64,000 nt of DNA from positions 480,001-544,000 of the forward strand of contig CBDDDG010000010.1 in NCBI GenBank assembly GCA_965226555.1, in the 5' to 3' direction. This document shows positions 9,176 through 17,172 of the stretch, piece after piece. A model generated the notes under the pieces. It did not search any database, was not told the origin of the DNA, and saw nothing but the letters and a program-made list of their open reading frames with translations. The position numbers and the translations under genes were made by a program. Position 1 is the stretch's first letter; every line of letters starts with the position of its first letter. This DNA is from Salinispira sp. (GTDB lineage: Bacteria; Spirochaetota; Spirochaetia; DSM-27196; Salinispiraceae).

Positions 9176-10864
9176 ATGAATATGAAATCATTTATCAATG
9201 CACGGAGAATTTCCCTTGGGGTTCTGTTCTGTGCGATCTTTATTGTGCTGGTCGGCGGATGCCCAATGTTGTTCGCCCCGCCTGCCATATCTGCGCCAAC
9301 CCTTGAAGCAGGGGGGGATTCACTTGTTGTATTCTGGACTGGGCCCTCTGCTCTCTGGAATGCGGCAAACAGCAACGCTGATAACGGGCTGAGCGAGTAT
9401 CACCTGCGTTATCGCGAAGAAGGCAGAGGGATCTGGAAGGAGATTACCGGCATCAGCGGCCTTACGTATACCATTACGGGGCTGACAAACGGTATCACGT
9501 ACGAAGTACAGGCTCGCGCTGTCAATGCGACCGGTACTGCCAACTGGTCGGCATCGGCAACAGAAACACCTATACACGTTCCAGATGCGCCAGACTCTCC
9601 TACGCTCACAATGGGAGTTGGGCAACTTACGGTTAAATGGATAGTTCCGCCCGACAACGGCAGACCCATTACCGTGTATCATCTACGCTATAGCGAGGAA
9701 GGCAGTGAGAATTGGACGCTTATTACCTCCGGCATCAGCATCAGAGACATTAGCTATACCATTCCCGGGCTGGAAATCGGCGCCTACGCTGTGCAGGTGC
9801 GTGCCGTCAACGTTCTGGGCGAAGGCCCATGGTCTCCATCTGCCACAGAAACCATAGTGTATGGCGCAGACGGCTATGACGCAGACGGTTTTAACGCCGA
9901 AGGTACTTACCGAAACGGTACGAAATATGGCCCGGACGGCTATGACGCAGACGGTTTTAATGCCGAAGGCACTTACCGAGACGGTACGAAATATGACCCG
10001 GACGGCTATGACGCAGACGGTTTTAATGCCGAAGGCACTTACCGAGACGGCACGGACCGCGATGAATACGGCTATGACATATACGGCTATACTACCGCAC
10101 ATGTTCACCGCACAGATTTCGTCCTTGCATCTGAAAATAGTGCCCCCAGAGGTATCTGGTCGAATGGAACAACGATGTGGGTGGTGGATTGGGACGATGA
10201 CAAACTCTATGCCTACAACATGGAGACCAAGGCCCGCGATAGCAGCAAGGACATTGCCCTCACTTCTGCGAACAATAACCCCTTCGGCATCGGATCGGAT
10301 GGGACAACGATATGGGTATCGAATGTACAATCACTGACAGGTCTAGGTAAAACCTATGCTTATACCATAAGTACTGGAGAACCCGATAATGACAAGACTA
10401 TTGATTTTGGAGCTGCACTTGGAAGCGGTAACCTTATGGGCATCTGGACGGATGGAACAACAATGTGGGCGATGAATATTTTAAGATGGATTCATGCCTA
10501 CACGGTTGCCACCAAAGCTCGTGTCAGTGAAACGAGCGGCGGCACAACCACTTACCCGATGGATTTCAGTGTTATCGCCAATGTTCTCCGAGTAAGAAAC
10601 CTCTGGTCAAATGGGACAACGATGTGGATAGTGGATAATTCCACTAGCAAAATCATCACCTATACAATAAGTACCCAGTTATACGATCCTGCTAAGGAGA
10701 TCGCCTTGCCTAGTTATAGTGGTACTCCCTTAAACAACCCCTACTTCGGCATATGGTCAGATGAAACCACGATGTGGGTGGTACATGAGGACGATGGCAT
10801 AATCTACGCCTACGACCTGAGTACCCGCGCGCGTCCGCCCATGGCGCCGGAACCAGCGGAGTAG
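9176..10864 (+). CDS. Lipoprotein with 2 FN3 domains, GYD repeats and a C-terminal GIWSDGTTMWV beta-propeller
   Basis: LVGGC lipobox; GLTNG.TYEVQARAVN FN3 signature; 3x 22-aa YxxDGYDADGFNAEGTYRxGT repeats; repeated GIWS(N/D)GTTMWV blades. Confidence 0.8.
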   Translation: MNMKSFINARRISLGVLFCAIFIVLVGGCPMLFAPPAISAPTLEAGGDSLVVFWTGPSALWNAANSNADNGLSEYHLRYREEGRGIWKEITGISGLTYTITGLTNGITYEVQARAVNATGTANWSASATETPIHVPDAPDSPTLTMGVGQLTVKWIVPPDNGRPITVYHLRYSEEGSENWTLITSGISIRDISYTIPGLEIGAYAVQVRAVNVLGEGPWSPSATETIVYGADGYDADGFNAEGTYRNGTKYGPDGYDADGFNAEGTYRDGTKYDPDGYDADGFNAEGTYRDGTDRDEYGYDIYGYTTAHVHRTDFVLASENSAPRGIWSNGTTMWVVDWDDDKLYAYNMETKARDSSKDIALTSANNNPFGIGSDGTTIWVSNVQSLTGLGKTYAYTISTGEPDNDKTIDFGAALGSGNLMGIWTDGTTMWAMNILRWIHAYTVATKARVSETSGGTTTYPMDFSVIANVLRVRNLWSNGTTMWIVDNSTSKIITYTISTQLYDPAKEIALPSYSGTPLNNPYFGIWSDETTMWVVHEDDGIIYAYDLSTRARPPMAPEPAE

Positions 10865-10883
10865 CGCGGCGTATCGGTTTTAT

Positions 10884-10915
10884 TGGCGGGGCGGCTTTTT
10901 TATTGCCCCCCGCCT
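10884..10915 (+). terminator. GC-rich hairpin downstream of the lipoprotein gene
   Basis: GGCGGGGCGGC...GCCCCCCGCC imperfect stem; no clear U-tract. Confidence 0.3.
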
Positions 10916-11020
10916 GCCCTTGTCCGGCGGGCTGTGTGTTTTTGAAGATGCAACTATCTCACCCGGACTTCGACTCATGGTGCATTTTCTCGTGAAGGAA
11001 ATTTCTGAATTCAATTATCT

Positions 11021-11190
11021 ATGCGGGAACATCAACCTTCTTCAAACCTGTATATCTATCAATGGCAAACACACTGACACCGTCATCAACGTATCCCGCA
11101 CAAAACAGATAGGTCTTAGAGCCGACTACGGCAGTCGTCAGACCGCGGGCTCCGTCAAATCATGGAAACACTCTCAACATTAGCCGGTGA
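11021..11190 (-). pseudogene. Fragment of a beta-propeller repeat protein
   Basis: Minus strand reads DGARGLTTAVVGSKTYLFCAGYVDDGVSVFAID; cut off near the MITE at 11203. Confidence 0.45.
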
Positions 11191-11202
11191 AATTCAGTAT
11201 AT

Positions 11203-11436
11203 GAGCCTGTCGGACTTTGCCGGGGCACCCACCATATTTTGTAAAGAAATATGTTCATGCGATGAAGTAATTTGTAATTTTTAAGTATAAATAAAGGGAA
11301 ATAGGTGTTTTTAGTATATTTTTATGTGAAAAATTAGATTTTTTCGGGAAGGTAGGTAATTTTTTTGTTAAAACAGCGAATACATTTAGCATATTTTGAG
11401 CACTTTGGTGATTATTTTTCTAAGTCCGACAGGATC
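11203..11436. mobile_element. MITE (~234 bp, AT-rich, non-coding) with IS5-type TIRs
   Basis: GAGCCTGTCGGACTT ... AAGTCCGACAGGATC inverted repeat; ATAT directly repeated on both flanks. Confidence 0.7.
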
Positions 11437-11551
11437 ATATGAATAATTAAAGATTAAAGGGCAAAGTGCGCTACTGCCATCGTTTTTGGGCGAGCAGGCA
11501 GGAGGCCGTAGCCTCCGACCAGCCCGGACGCATAACGAGTCCGCTCAACGA

Positions 11552-11611
11552 CAAAATTTCCCTCCGCTATTTTGTCAATATCCTGTCAAAAAAACCGAGG
11601 GGGGACTTCTG
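11552..11611. mobile_element. Orphan right end related to the IS at 13986-15612
   Basis: Similar to 15553-15612 (CAAAAT..CCCTCC...TGTCAA...GTCAAAAAAA...GGGGA.TTCTG). Confidence 0.5.
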
Positions 11612-11627
11612 GCTCAATTTGTATAAA

Positions 11628-11660
11628 GGAGTTGTAGCGCGGGATCACGCTACAACTCCT
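11628..11660. terminator. Hairpin downstream of the 11711 gene
   Basis: GGAGTTGTAGCG-CGGGATCA-CGCTACAACTCC perfect 12-bp stem. Confidence 0.55.
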
Positions 11661-11710
11661 GTTTTTCAATTCAACCAGCCCCCCGCTCTTGCTCATTTAG
11701 GGCAGTTCTC

Positions 11711-13906
11711 CTATGGGTGCACAACGGAATTAGACGATTCTGACCACATTCCCGCTCCCTTCATGTTGACGGCACGCACCTGTAGTATGAAGGTTAGGCC
11801 TGAGCCTAATGCCGTCTTGAAGGAGAATGGGGCGAGAGCGTCGGAGCTAATAGTAGTAGGAGCTGTCCAATTGCTCTCGCTGTCTGTACTATACCGTATT
11901 TGGTATCCGGTAATGGTGCTGCCTTCGTTGGGGGTCGGCGCAGTCCAAGTTAATTTCAGTTTGTCGTCTTCTACTTCGAGAGTTGGCTTTGGGACCCTGT
12001 TAGGAACAATATCATCAGGAGTTGCCGAAGTAGTATCTGACCAATCACTATTACCCACAGTGTTCTTTGCGCGCACCTGCACATCATACGCGCTGCCGTT
12101 TGTCAGACCGGTAATGGTGTGGCTTGTGCCGGTAATGTCTGTTGAAGCAATCTGCGTCCATGCTCCGCCGCCTGTGCGATACTGCAACTCATACCCGTTA
12201 ATGGCGCTGCCGCCATCGGCAGGCGCAGTCCATTCTGCGATAATTTGCCCGTTTCCTGCTGTGAGGGTTGGAGGAACAGGCTTGGCAGGAGTATCGAGTA
12301 GAGTTGCCGAAGTAGTATCTGACCAATCACTATTACCCACAGTGTTCTTTGCGCGCACCTGCACCTCATACGCGGAGCCGTTTGTCAGGTTCATAATGAT
12401 GTGGCTTGTGCCGGTAATGTCTGTTGAAGCAATCTGCGTCCATGATGCGCTACCTGTGCGATACTGCAACTCATACCCGGTAATGGCGCTGCCTCCGTTA
12501 TTGGACGGAGCAGTCCATGTTGCGCTAATTTGCCCGTTCCCTACTGTGAGCGTTAGAGCAGTCGGCGCGGCAGGAGTATCGGGTAGAGTTGCCGTGGCAG
12601 ATGTCGACCATGGTCCAGTGCCGATCGCATTGACGGCGCGCACCTGCACCTCGTACTCGGTATCGTTTGTCAGGTTCATAATGGTGTGGCTTGTGCTTGT
12701 ACCCGCGCTAATTGGCGCAGACCATGCTCCACCGCCTGTGCGATGTTGCAACTCATACCCGGTAATGGCGCTGCCGCCATCATCGGTCGGCGCTGTCCAT
12801 GTTGCGCTAATTTCCCTGATCCCTGCTGTGAGTTCAAGCGTGGTCGGTTTCATGGGAAGGTTGCCAACAGGGGCTGCTTCTGTGGGAGTTGCTGTGGCAC
12901 TTTCCGATGGGGTACCATTGCCCGCGCTATTGACAGCGTATACCTGTACTTCGTACTCGGTGCCGTTTGTCAGACCGGTAATGGTGTGGCTTGTATCAGT
13001 AACATCAGAATCGGCAGACGAAGAAGTCGTCCACTGTCCTTGCGGGCTGGAGGTGCGATACTGCAACTCATACCCGGTAATGGGGCTGCCTCCGTCATCG
13101 GTCGGCGCCGTCCATGTTGCGATAATTTGCCCGTTCCCTGCTACAAGCGTTAGATCAGTCGGCGCTGAAGGAGATCCTTCGATCACTGTCCTTGCTGTCC
13201 TTGCTGTGCGACTTTCCGATGGGTTGCCATTGCCCGCGCTATTGACAGCGTACACCCGTACATCGTACTCGGTATCGTTTGTCAGTTCCGTAATGGTGTG
13301 GCTTGTGCTTGTACCCGCGCTAATTGGCGCAGACCATGCTCCGCCGCTTGTGCGATACTGCAACTCATACCCGGTAATGGGGCTGCCTCCAGTGTCGGTC
13401 GGCGCCGTCCATTCTGCGATAATGTGCCCATCCCCTGCTGTGAGCACAAGCTCGGTCGGCTGCATGGGAAGGTTGCCAACAGGGGCTGCTTCTGTGGTCG
13501 GTTCCGACCATTCGCCATTCCCCACATCGTTCACTGCGCGAGCGCGCACCTCATAGTCGCTGCCGTTTGTCAGACCGGTAATGATGTGGCTTGTCGCAGT
13601 ACTTTCAGGATCTAGATTTCCATCAGGACTCCATATTCCTGCAAAGATGTTCAGGATGGTAACTTCGCGATACTGTAGTTCATACCCGGTAATGGGGCTG
13701 CCTCCGTCGGCAGGCTCCGTCCAGTGAACCGTTAATTGCCCGTTCCCTGCTGTAAGGGTTGGAGCAACCATGGTACCCGGTGGGGTTGGGTTTGCAGTAT
13801 CATCCGCCGTAGTGGGTCCCGGCATTGGACATCCGACAATCAATGCAATAAACATTGCACTTAGTACAAGAAGAATTGGTATAATATGAGATTCTTTGAA
13901 ATACAT
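11711..13906 (-). CDS. Multi-FN3 (about 7 domains) surface lipoprotein
   Basis: LIVGC lipobox; repeated WTAP.DGGS.ITGYELQYR...SHTITGLTNG..YEVQVRAVN. Confidence 0.85.
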   Translation of the reverse strand: MYFKESHIIPILLVLSAMFIALIVGCPMPGPTTADDTANPTPPGTMVAPTLTAGNGQLTVHWTEPADGGSPITGYELQYREVTILNIFAGIWSPDGNLDPESTATSHIITGLTNGSDYEVRARAVNDVGNGEWSEPTTEAAPVGNLPMQPTELVLTAGDGHIIAEWTAPTDTGGSPITGYELQYRTSGGAWSAPISAGTSTSHTITELTNDTEYDVRVYAVNSAGNGNPSESRTARTARTVIEGSPSAPTDLTLVAGNGQIIATWTAPTDDGGSPITGYELQYRTSSPQGQWTTSSSADSDVTDTSHTITGLTNGTEYEVQVYAVNSAGNGTPSESATATPTEAAPVGNLPMKPTTLELTAGIREISATWTAPTDDGGSAITGYELQHRTGGGAWSAPISAGTSTSHTIMNLTNDTEYEVQVRAVNAIGTGPWSTSATATLPDTPAAPTALTLTVGNGQISATWTAPSNNGGSAITGYELQYRTGSASWTQIASTDITGTSHIIMNLTNGSAYEVQVRAKNTVGNSDWSDTTSATLLDTPAKPVPPTLTAGNGQIIAEWTAPADGGSAINGYELQYRTGGGAWTQIASTDITGTSHTITGLTNGSAYDVQVRAKNTVGNSDWSDTTSATPDDIVPNRVPKPTLEVEDDKLKLTWTAPTPNEGSTITGYQIRYSTDSESNWTAPTTISSDALAPFSFKTALGSGLTFILQVRAVNMKGAGMWSESSNSVVHP

Positions 13907-13985
13907 ATAATAACCTCCAGTATAAAATATATCTTATATAGTATAATAAAACAAGTCTTTTAAGATAGCAAAATATGTTGAATAA

Positions 13986-15612
13986 CAGAACTTCCCCAAC
14001 AATTTTTTTAGACCATTGCAGGAACTCTCATACGCATTCATGATCTACTAATCATCAACACATCACAGAATTCCTGAGTATTTTACCTAATGAAAAGCTT
14101 TATGTCAATCAAAAATTTCACTTTTACTGAAATTATACCTGATCATAGTCTTCTTTGCACGCAAAATGAGCATACCCCCCTTCGAAAATCCACTTATGCG
14201 CGGTACAATTCCCAATTATGGGAGGGACTATGTGTTCTCAGAAAAAAAGTGTTGCCCGAACCTTTATTCAAAGGCTCGGACAGATGCTGAAAACAACCAA
14301 TTTAACCGACCCTCGGAAACGACCGGTTGTTCAGCTATCACAAATAATGGCTCTCATTATATCGATGCCATTATTTTCATGCAAGAGTCTGTTTGATCTC
14401 GATTATCTGGCTCGGAATAAACATGTTCGGAAGTTACTCGGCAGCAAACGGTATATGGTCGGTTCCGACAGCACCATACAACGGGTGATTTCTCAGATCA
14501 TACCGGATGAAGTGACGACGATGGTGGGAACCAGTATGAAGTTGTCAGTGAGTGACACTGAAGAATCGTGTTATTTGGACACGGGAGTTCATCGGAGTAT
14601 TGGTATTGTCGATGGCACCTGTGTCTTCGGGAGCGTCTGGTTCACCGTGCTGGCGCGACCGACAAAGACAGGAACGTATGCGCAGGTTGTGAGACCGATG
14701 AAGGGCAGAGGGCACGAACTGCGCGGGTCTGAAGAAATGCTTTTGAGGGAAGGAGATACCCTGCCGCAATTGTTAAGTTTCGATGGGCTCTATCTGTGTG
14801 AGCCCTTTCTTCATCTGATCTGCGCAAAATTAAAGCGTCATATTCTGGTGAAATTTCGTTCGGTAAAGCGGGATGGCACTCCGCGGAAACATGAGCGGTT
14901 GCTCCTTGATCGCGCAGCCCGCTATATGGAACATCAGGGGTTCTATAGTGATGCAGTCCAAACCGCGAGCGGGTATGATTATCAACGATCAACGAGTTAC
15001 CAGATTGAGGCAGTGCTTGACGAATGGCATGGCGTTCCGGTGCTGGTGCTGCGGGTCACTGAAGGGAAGGAGACGTTCTGGGTAATTACGAGTGATGTAC
15101 ATCTGTCATTGCCTGCTGCGCGGGAAGCTGCGCACCTGCGGTGGAGCATAGAGAATGATGAGTTTAAGCGCATGTCGTATCTTACCGGCACCAAGAGAGT
15201 GCGGACGCATAACAAGATCGCCGCTGTGTGTTTGTTGTGCTGCATTGCCATGGGGGTCAATTTTCTCACCAGTATCAACCATGTGCTGGCGAGCGTCGTA
15301 ACAAAAACGCTTCCTGTTAAGCGAACATGGAAAATAACAGGGCGGTGGATATGGAAGGGAATAAAATGGCAGATTCGCACAGGAGGGATGTCTGTGTTGA
15401 GCTAAGTAGTGAACAATCGGTCGTTTTCGAGGGCAGTCTACCGAGTTGATTTCCTTACATATCACTAACACACAATCAACGCAGACCGGCGGTTCTGCGG
15501 CGGGGGTGGTCTATGCGCCCGGTATTCCCGCCACATACTCACTGCTCAAGGGCAAAATCTCCCTCCATTATTCTGTCAAAATCCCGTCAAAAAAATTGTT
15601 GGGGAAGTTCTG
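13986..15612 (+). mobile_element. IS element with ~23-bp TIRs and a 9-bp TSD
   Basis: CAGAACTTCCCCAACAATTTTTT at both ends (inverted); GTTGAATAA at 13977-13985 and 15613-15621. Confidence 0.85.
14218..15405 (+). CDS. DDE transposase (IS4/ISAs1-like, DDE_Tnp_1 type)
   Basis: SDSTIQR, GIVDGT, SFDGLY, RWSIEN..FK motifs. Confidence 0.75.
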   Translation: MGGTMCSQKKSVARTFIQRLGQMLKTTNLTDPRKRPVVQLSQIMALIISMPLFSCKSLFDLDYLARNKHVRKLLGSKRYMVGSDSTIQRVISQIIPDEVTTMVGTSMKLSVSDTEESCYLDTGVHRSIGIVDGTCVFGSVWFTVLARPTKTGTYAQVVRPMKGRGHELRGSEEMLLREGDTLPQLLSFDGLYLCEPFLHLICAKLKRHILVKFRSVKRDGTPRKHERLLLDRAARYMEHQGFYSDAVQTASGYDYQRSTSYQIEAVLDEWHGVPVLVLRVTEGKETFWVITSDVHLSLPAAREAAHLRWSIENDEFKRMSYLTGTKRVRTHNKIAAVCLLCCIAMGVNFLTSINHVLASVVTKTLPVKRTWKITGRWIWKGIKWQIRTGGMSVLS

Positions 15613-15720
15613 GTTGAATAATTATTGGGTAATATTTTCTTAAATGGGGTAATTTCTTTCACTCCAGATTTGATTTGACGCTGAGAACTGGAAGGATCAT
15701 TCCCATATAAGCATTATTAA

Positions 15721-15758
15721 TGGTTATTAGTGGTTTTTAGTGGTTTTTAGTGGTTTTT
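15721..15758. repeat. 10-bp tandem repeat (TGGTTTTTAG)x~4
   Basis: Visible directly; another unit at ~17011-17024 on the far side of the IS. Confidence 0.8.
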
Positions 15759-15770
15759 GGGATATAAACC

Positions 15771-16996
15771 TTTGGACAGACCCCTCCTCCCCAGTGTAAA
15801 ACGAAGGTTATTCGTATACACTGGGGGTTGTATAAAACATAAAAGGAGGGAAACAGTGAACAGTAGTATCACATATTCTCAGTATCATCTCAAGTCTCGG
15901 AAGTATCAGGCGGCTTCGATGTATGATTGGCGGTTGCGGATGGTTCGGTATGCCCAGGAGCATTCGATCAAGGCGGCTGCTCGGGAGTTCGAGGTGTCGC
16001 GCAACACGGTGCGGCGGTGGGTTCGGCGCTTTGAATCCGGCGAGGGGCTTGAAGACAAAAAGCGGGGCACGACCAATCATCCGATGAAGATGAAATTCGG
16101 GCACCGGTGTCATCTCGAGAGTCTTGTCCAGACCAAGAATCGGAATCACAACAAAATCATTGGAACGCAGGTGCAAAAGCAGTTGAAGGCGGAAGTTGGC
16201 GGGAAGTACAGCCTGCCGACGATTATCAAGACGCTAAAGCAGATAGGGGCGCAGAAAACAAAGAAGCCGAAGGCGCGGCCCAAGAGAGATTTGCGGGAGG
16301 TAACCGACAGGATGAAGTTCGGCGAGTGCATTCAGATTGATATCAAGTATCTGACGGACATTCCCGCTATGCGGTTTTCTCAGAAGTGTTTAGACGTTCC
16401 GAAGTACCAGATAACTGCCCGGGATCGGGCGACAGGGGCTCTGTGGTACGCCTTTGCCAATGAGAAGAGCAGTATGGTAACAACCTTGTTCGCCGAGTAC
16501 CTGCTGGAGCACCTGCGGAATCATGACGGAGACCTTGCCAAGGACATAACGGTTCAGACCGATAACGGGGCAGAGTTCACCGTTCGACATCTGAGCAAAA
16601 CCCGAACATCGGGGTTTGAGCAGGCGCTCATACAGGCGGGTGTCGAGTATCGGCGTATTCCGCCCGGGCATTGCACATGGAACAGTTCTGTCGAGTCCTC
16701 GCACCGGCTCATTGAGGATGAGTTCTACAGTCAGGTGATGAATCCAAAGCTCAATGAGTTTCTTAAGGAAGCCGAGGAGTATCAGATAGATTTCAATTAC
16801 CGGCGGTTCAACACCTACCGCAAAGGGACTCCGCTGGATCTTTTGAGGCAGCGGAATACCGATGTGGATAGTGATATTCTCCGGCTCAAGCCGATCATAA
16901 TGGAGCAACGGCTCACACGGCCGACGCTTGAGCGATGGAGGGCTTGGCACTCGGAAGAAATGATCGCATAATAGGTCAAAGTGGGGTCTGTTCAAA
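15771..16996 (+). mobile_element. IS481-like element
   Basis: TTTG(G/A)ACAGACCCC inverted repeats; AAACCTT repeated across both junctions; exact ends uncertain. Confidence 0.7.
15856..16971 (+). CDS. IS481-like transposase (HTH + rve integrase core)
   Basis: AAREFEVSRNTVRRWVRRF HTH; IQIDIK, VQTDNGAEF, NSSVESSH; GTG start after AGGAGG. Confidence 0.8.
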   Translation: MNSSITYSQYHLKSRKYQAASMYDWRLRMVRYAQEHSIKAAAREFEVSRNTVRRWVRRFESGEGLEDKKRGTTNHPMKMKFGHRCHLESLVQTKNRNHNKIIGTQVQKQLKAEVGGKYSLPTIIKTLKQIGAQKTKKPKARPKRDLREVTDRMKFGECIQIDIKYLTDIPAMRFSQKCLDVPKYQITARDRATGALWYAFANEKSSMVTTLFAEYLLEHLRNHDGDLAKDITVQTDNGAEFTVRHLSKTRTSGFEQALIQAGVEYRRIPPGHCTWNSSVESSHRLIEDEFYSQVMNPKLNEFLKEAEEYQIDFNYRRFNTYRKGTPLDLLRQRNTDVDSDILRLKPIIMEQRLTRPTLERWRAWHSEEMIA

Positions 16997-17172
16997 CCTT
17001 AATATCCCAGTTTTTAGTGGTTTTAAAATTGATATTTTCCCTATAATGTGTTATCCTTTATTACAGGGACTTTCTGAAACTGTTATACTACCCGTTGTTA
17101 CACGATGGGTGGGAGCAGTCGGGAATTAAATTACCTGAGAAAAAATACTATTTAAGCATAAGGAGTTAAATT

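Noticed and set aside
11455..11550. c-di-GMP-I riboswitch suggested by AAAGGGCAAA
   Set aside because: The GAAA tetraloop stem and GCAAAG downstream elements are absent; the sequence continues into a family B repeat
11466..13556. 696-aa plus-strand ORF and similar long antisense ORFs (9683-10330, 27864-28715, those over rpoB/rpoC)
   Set aside because: Shadow frames opposite clearly recognisable genes
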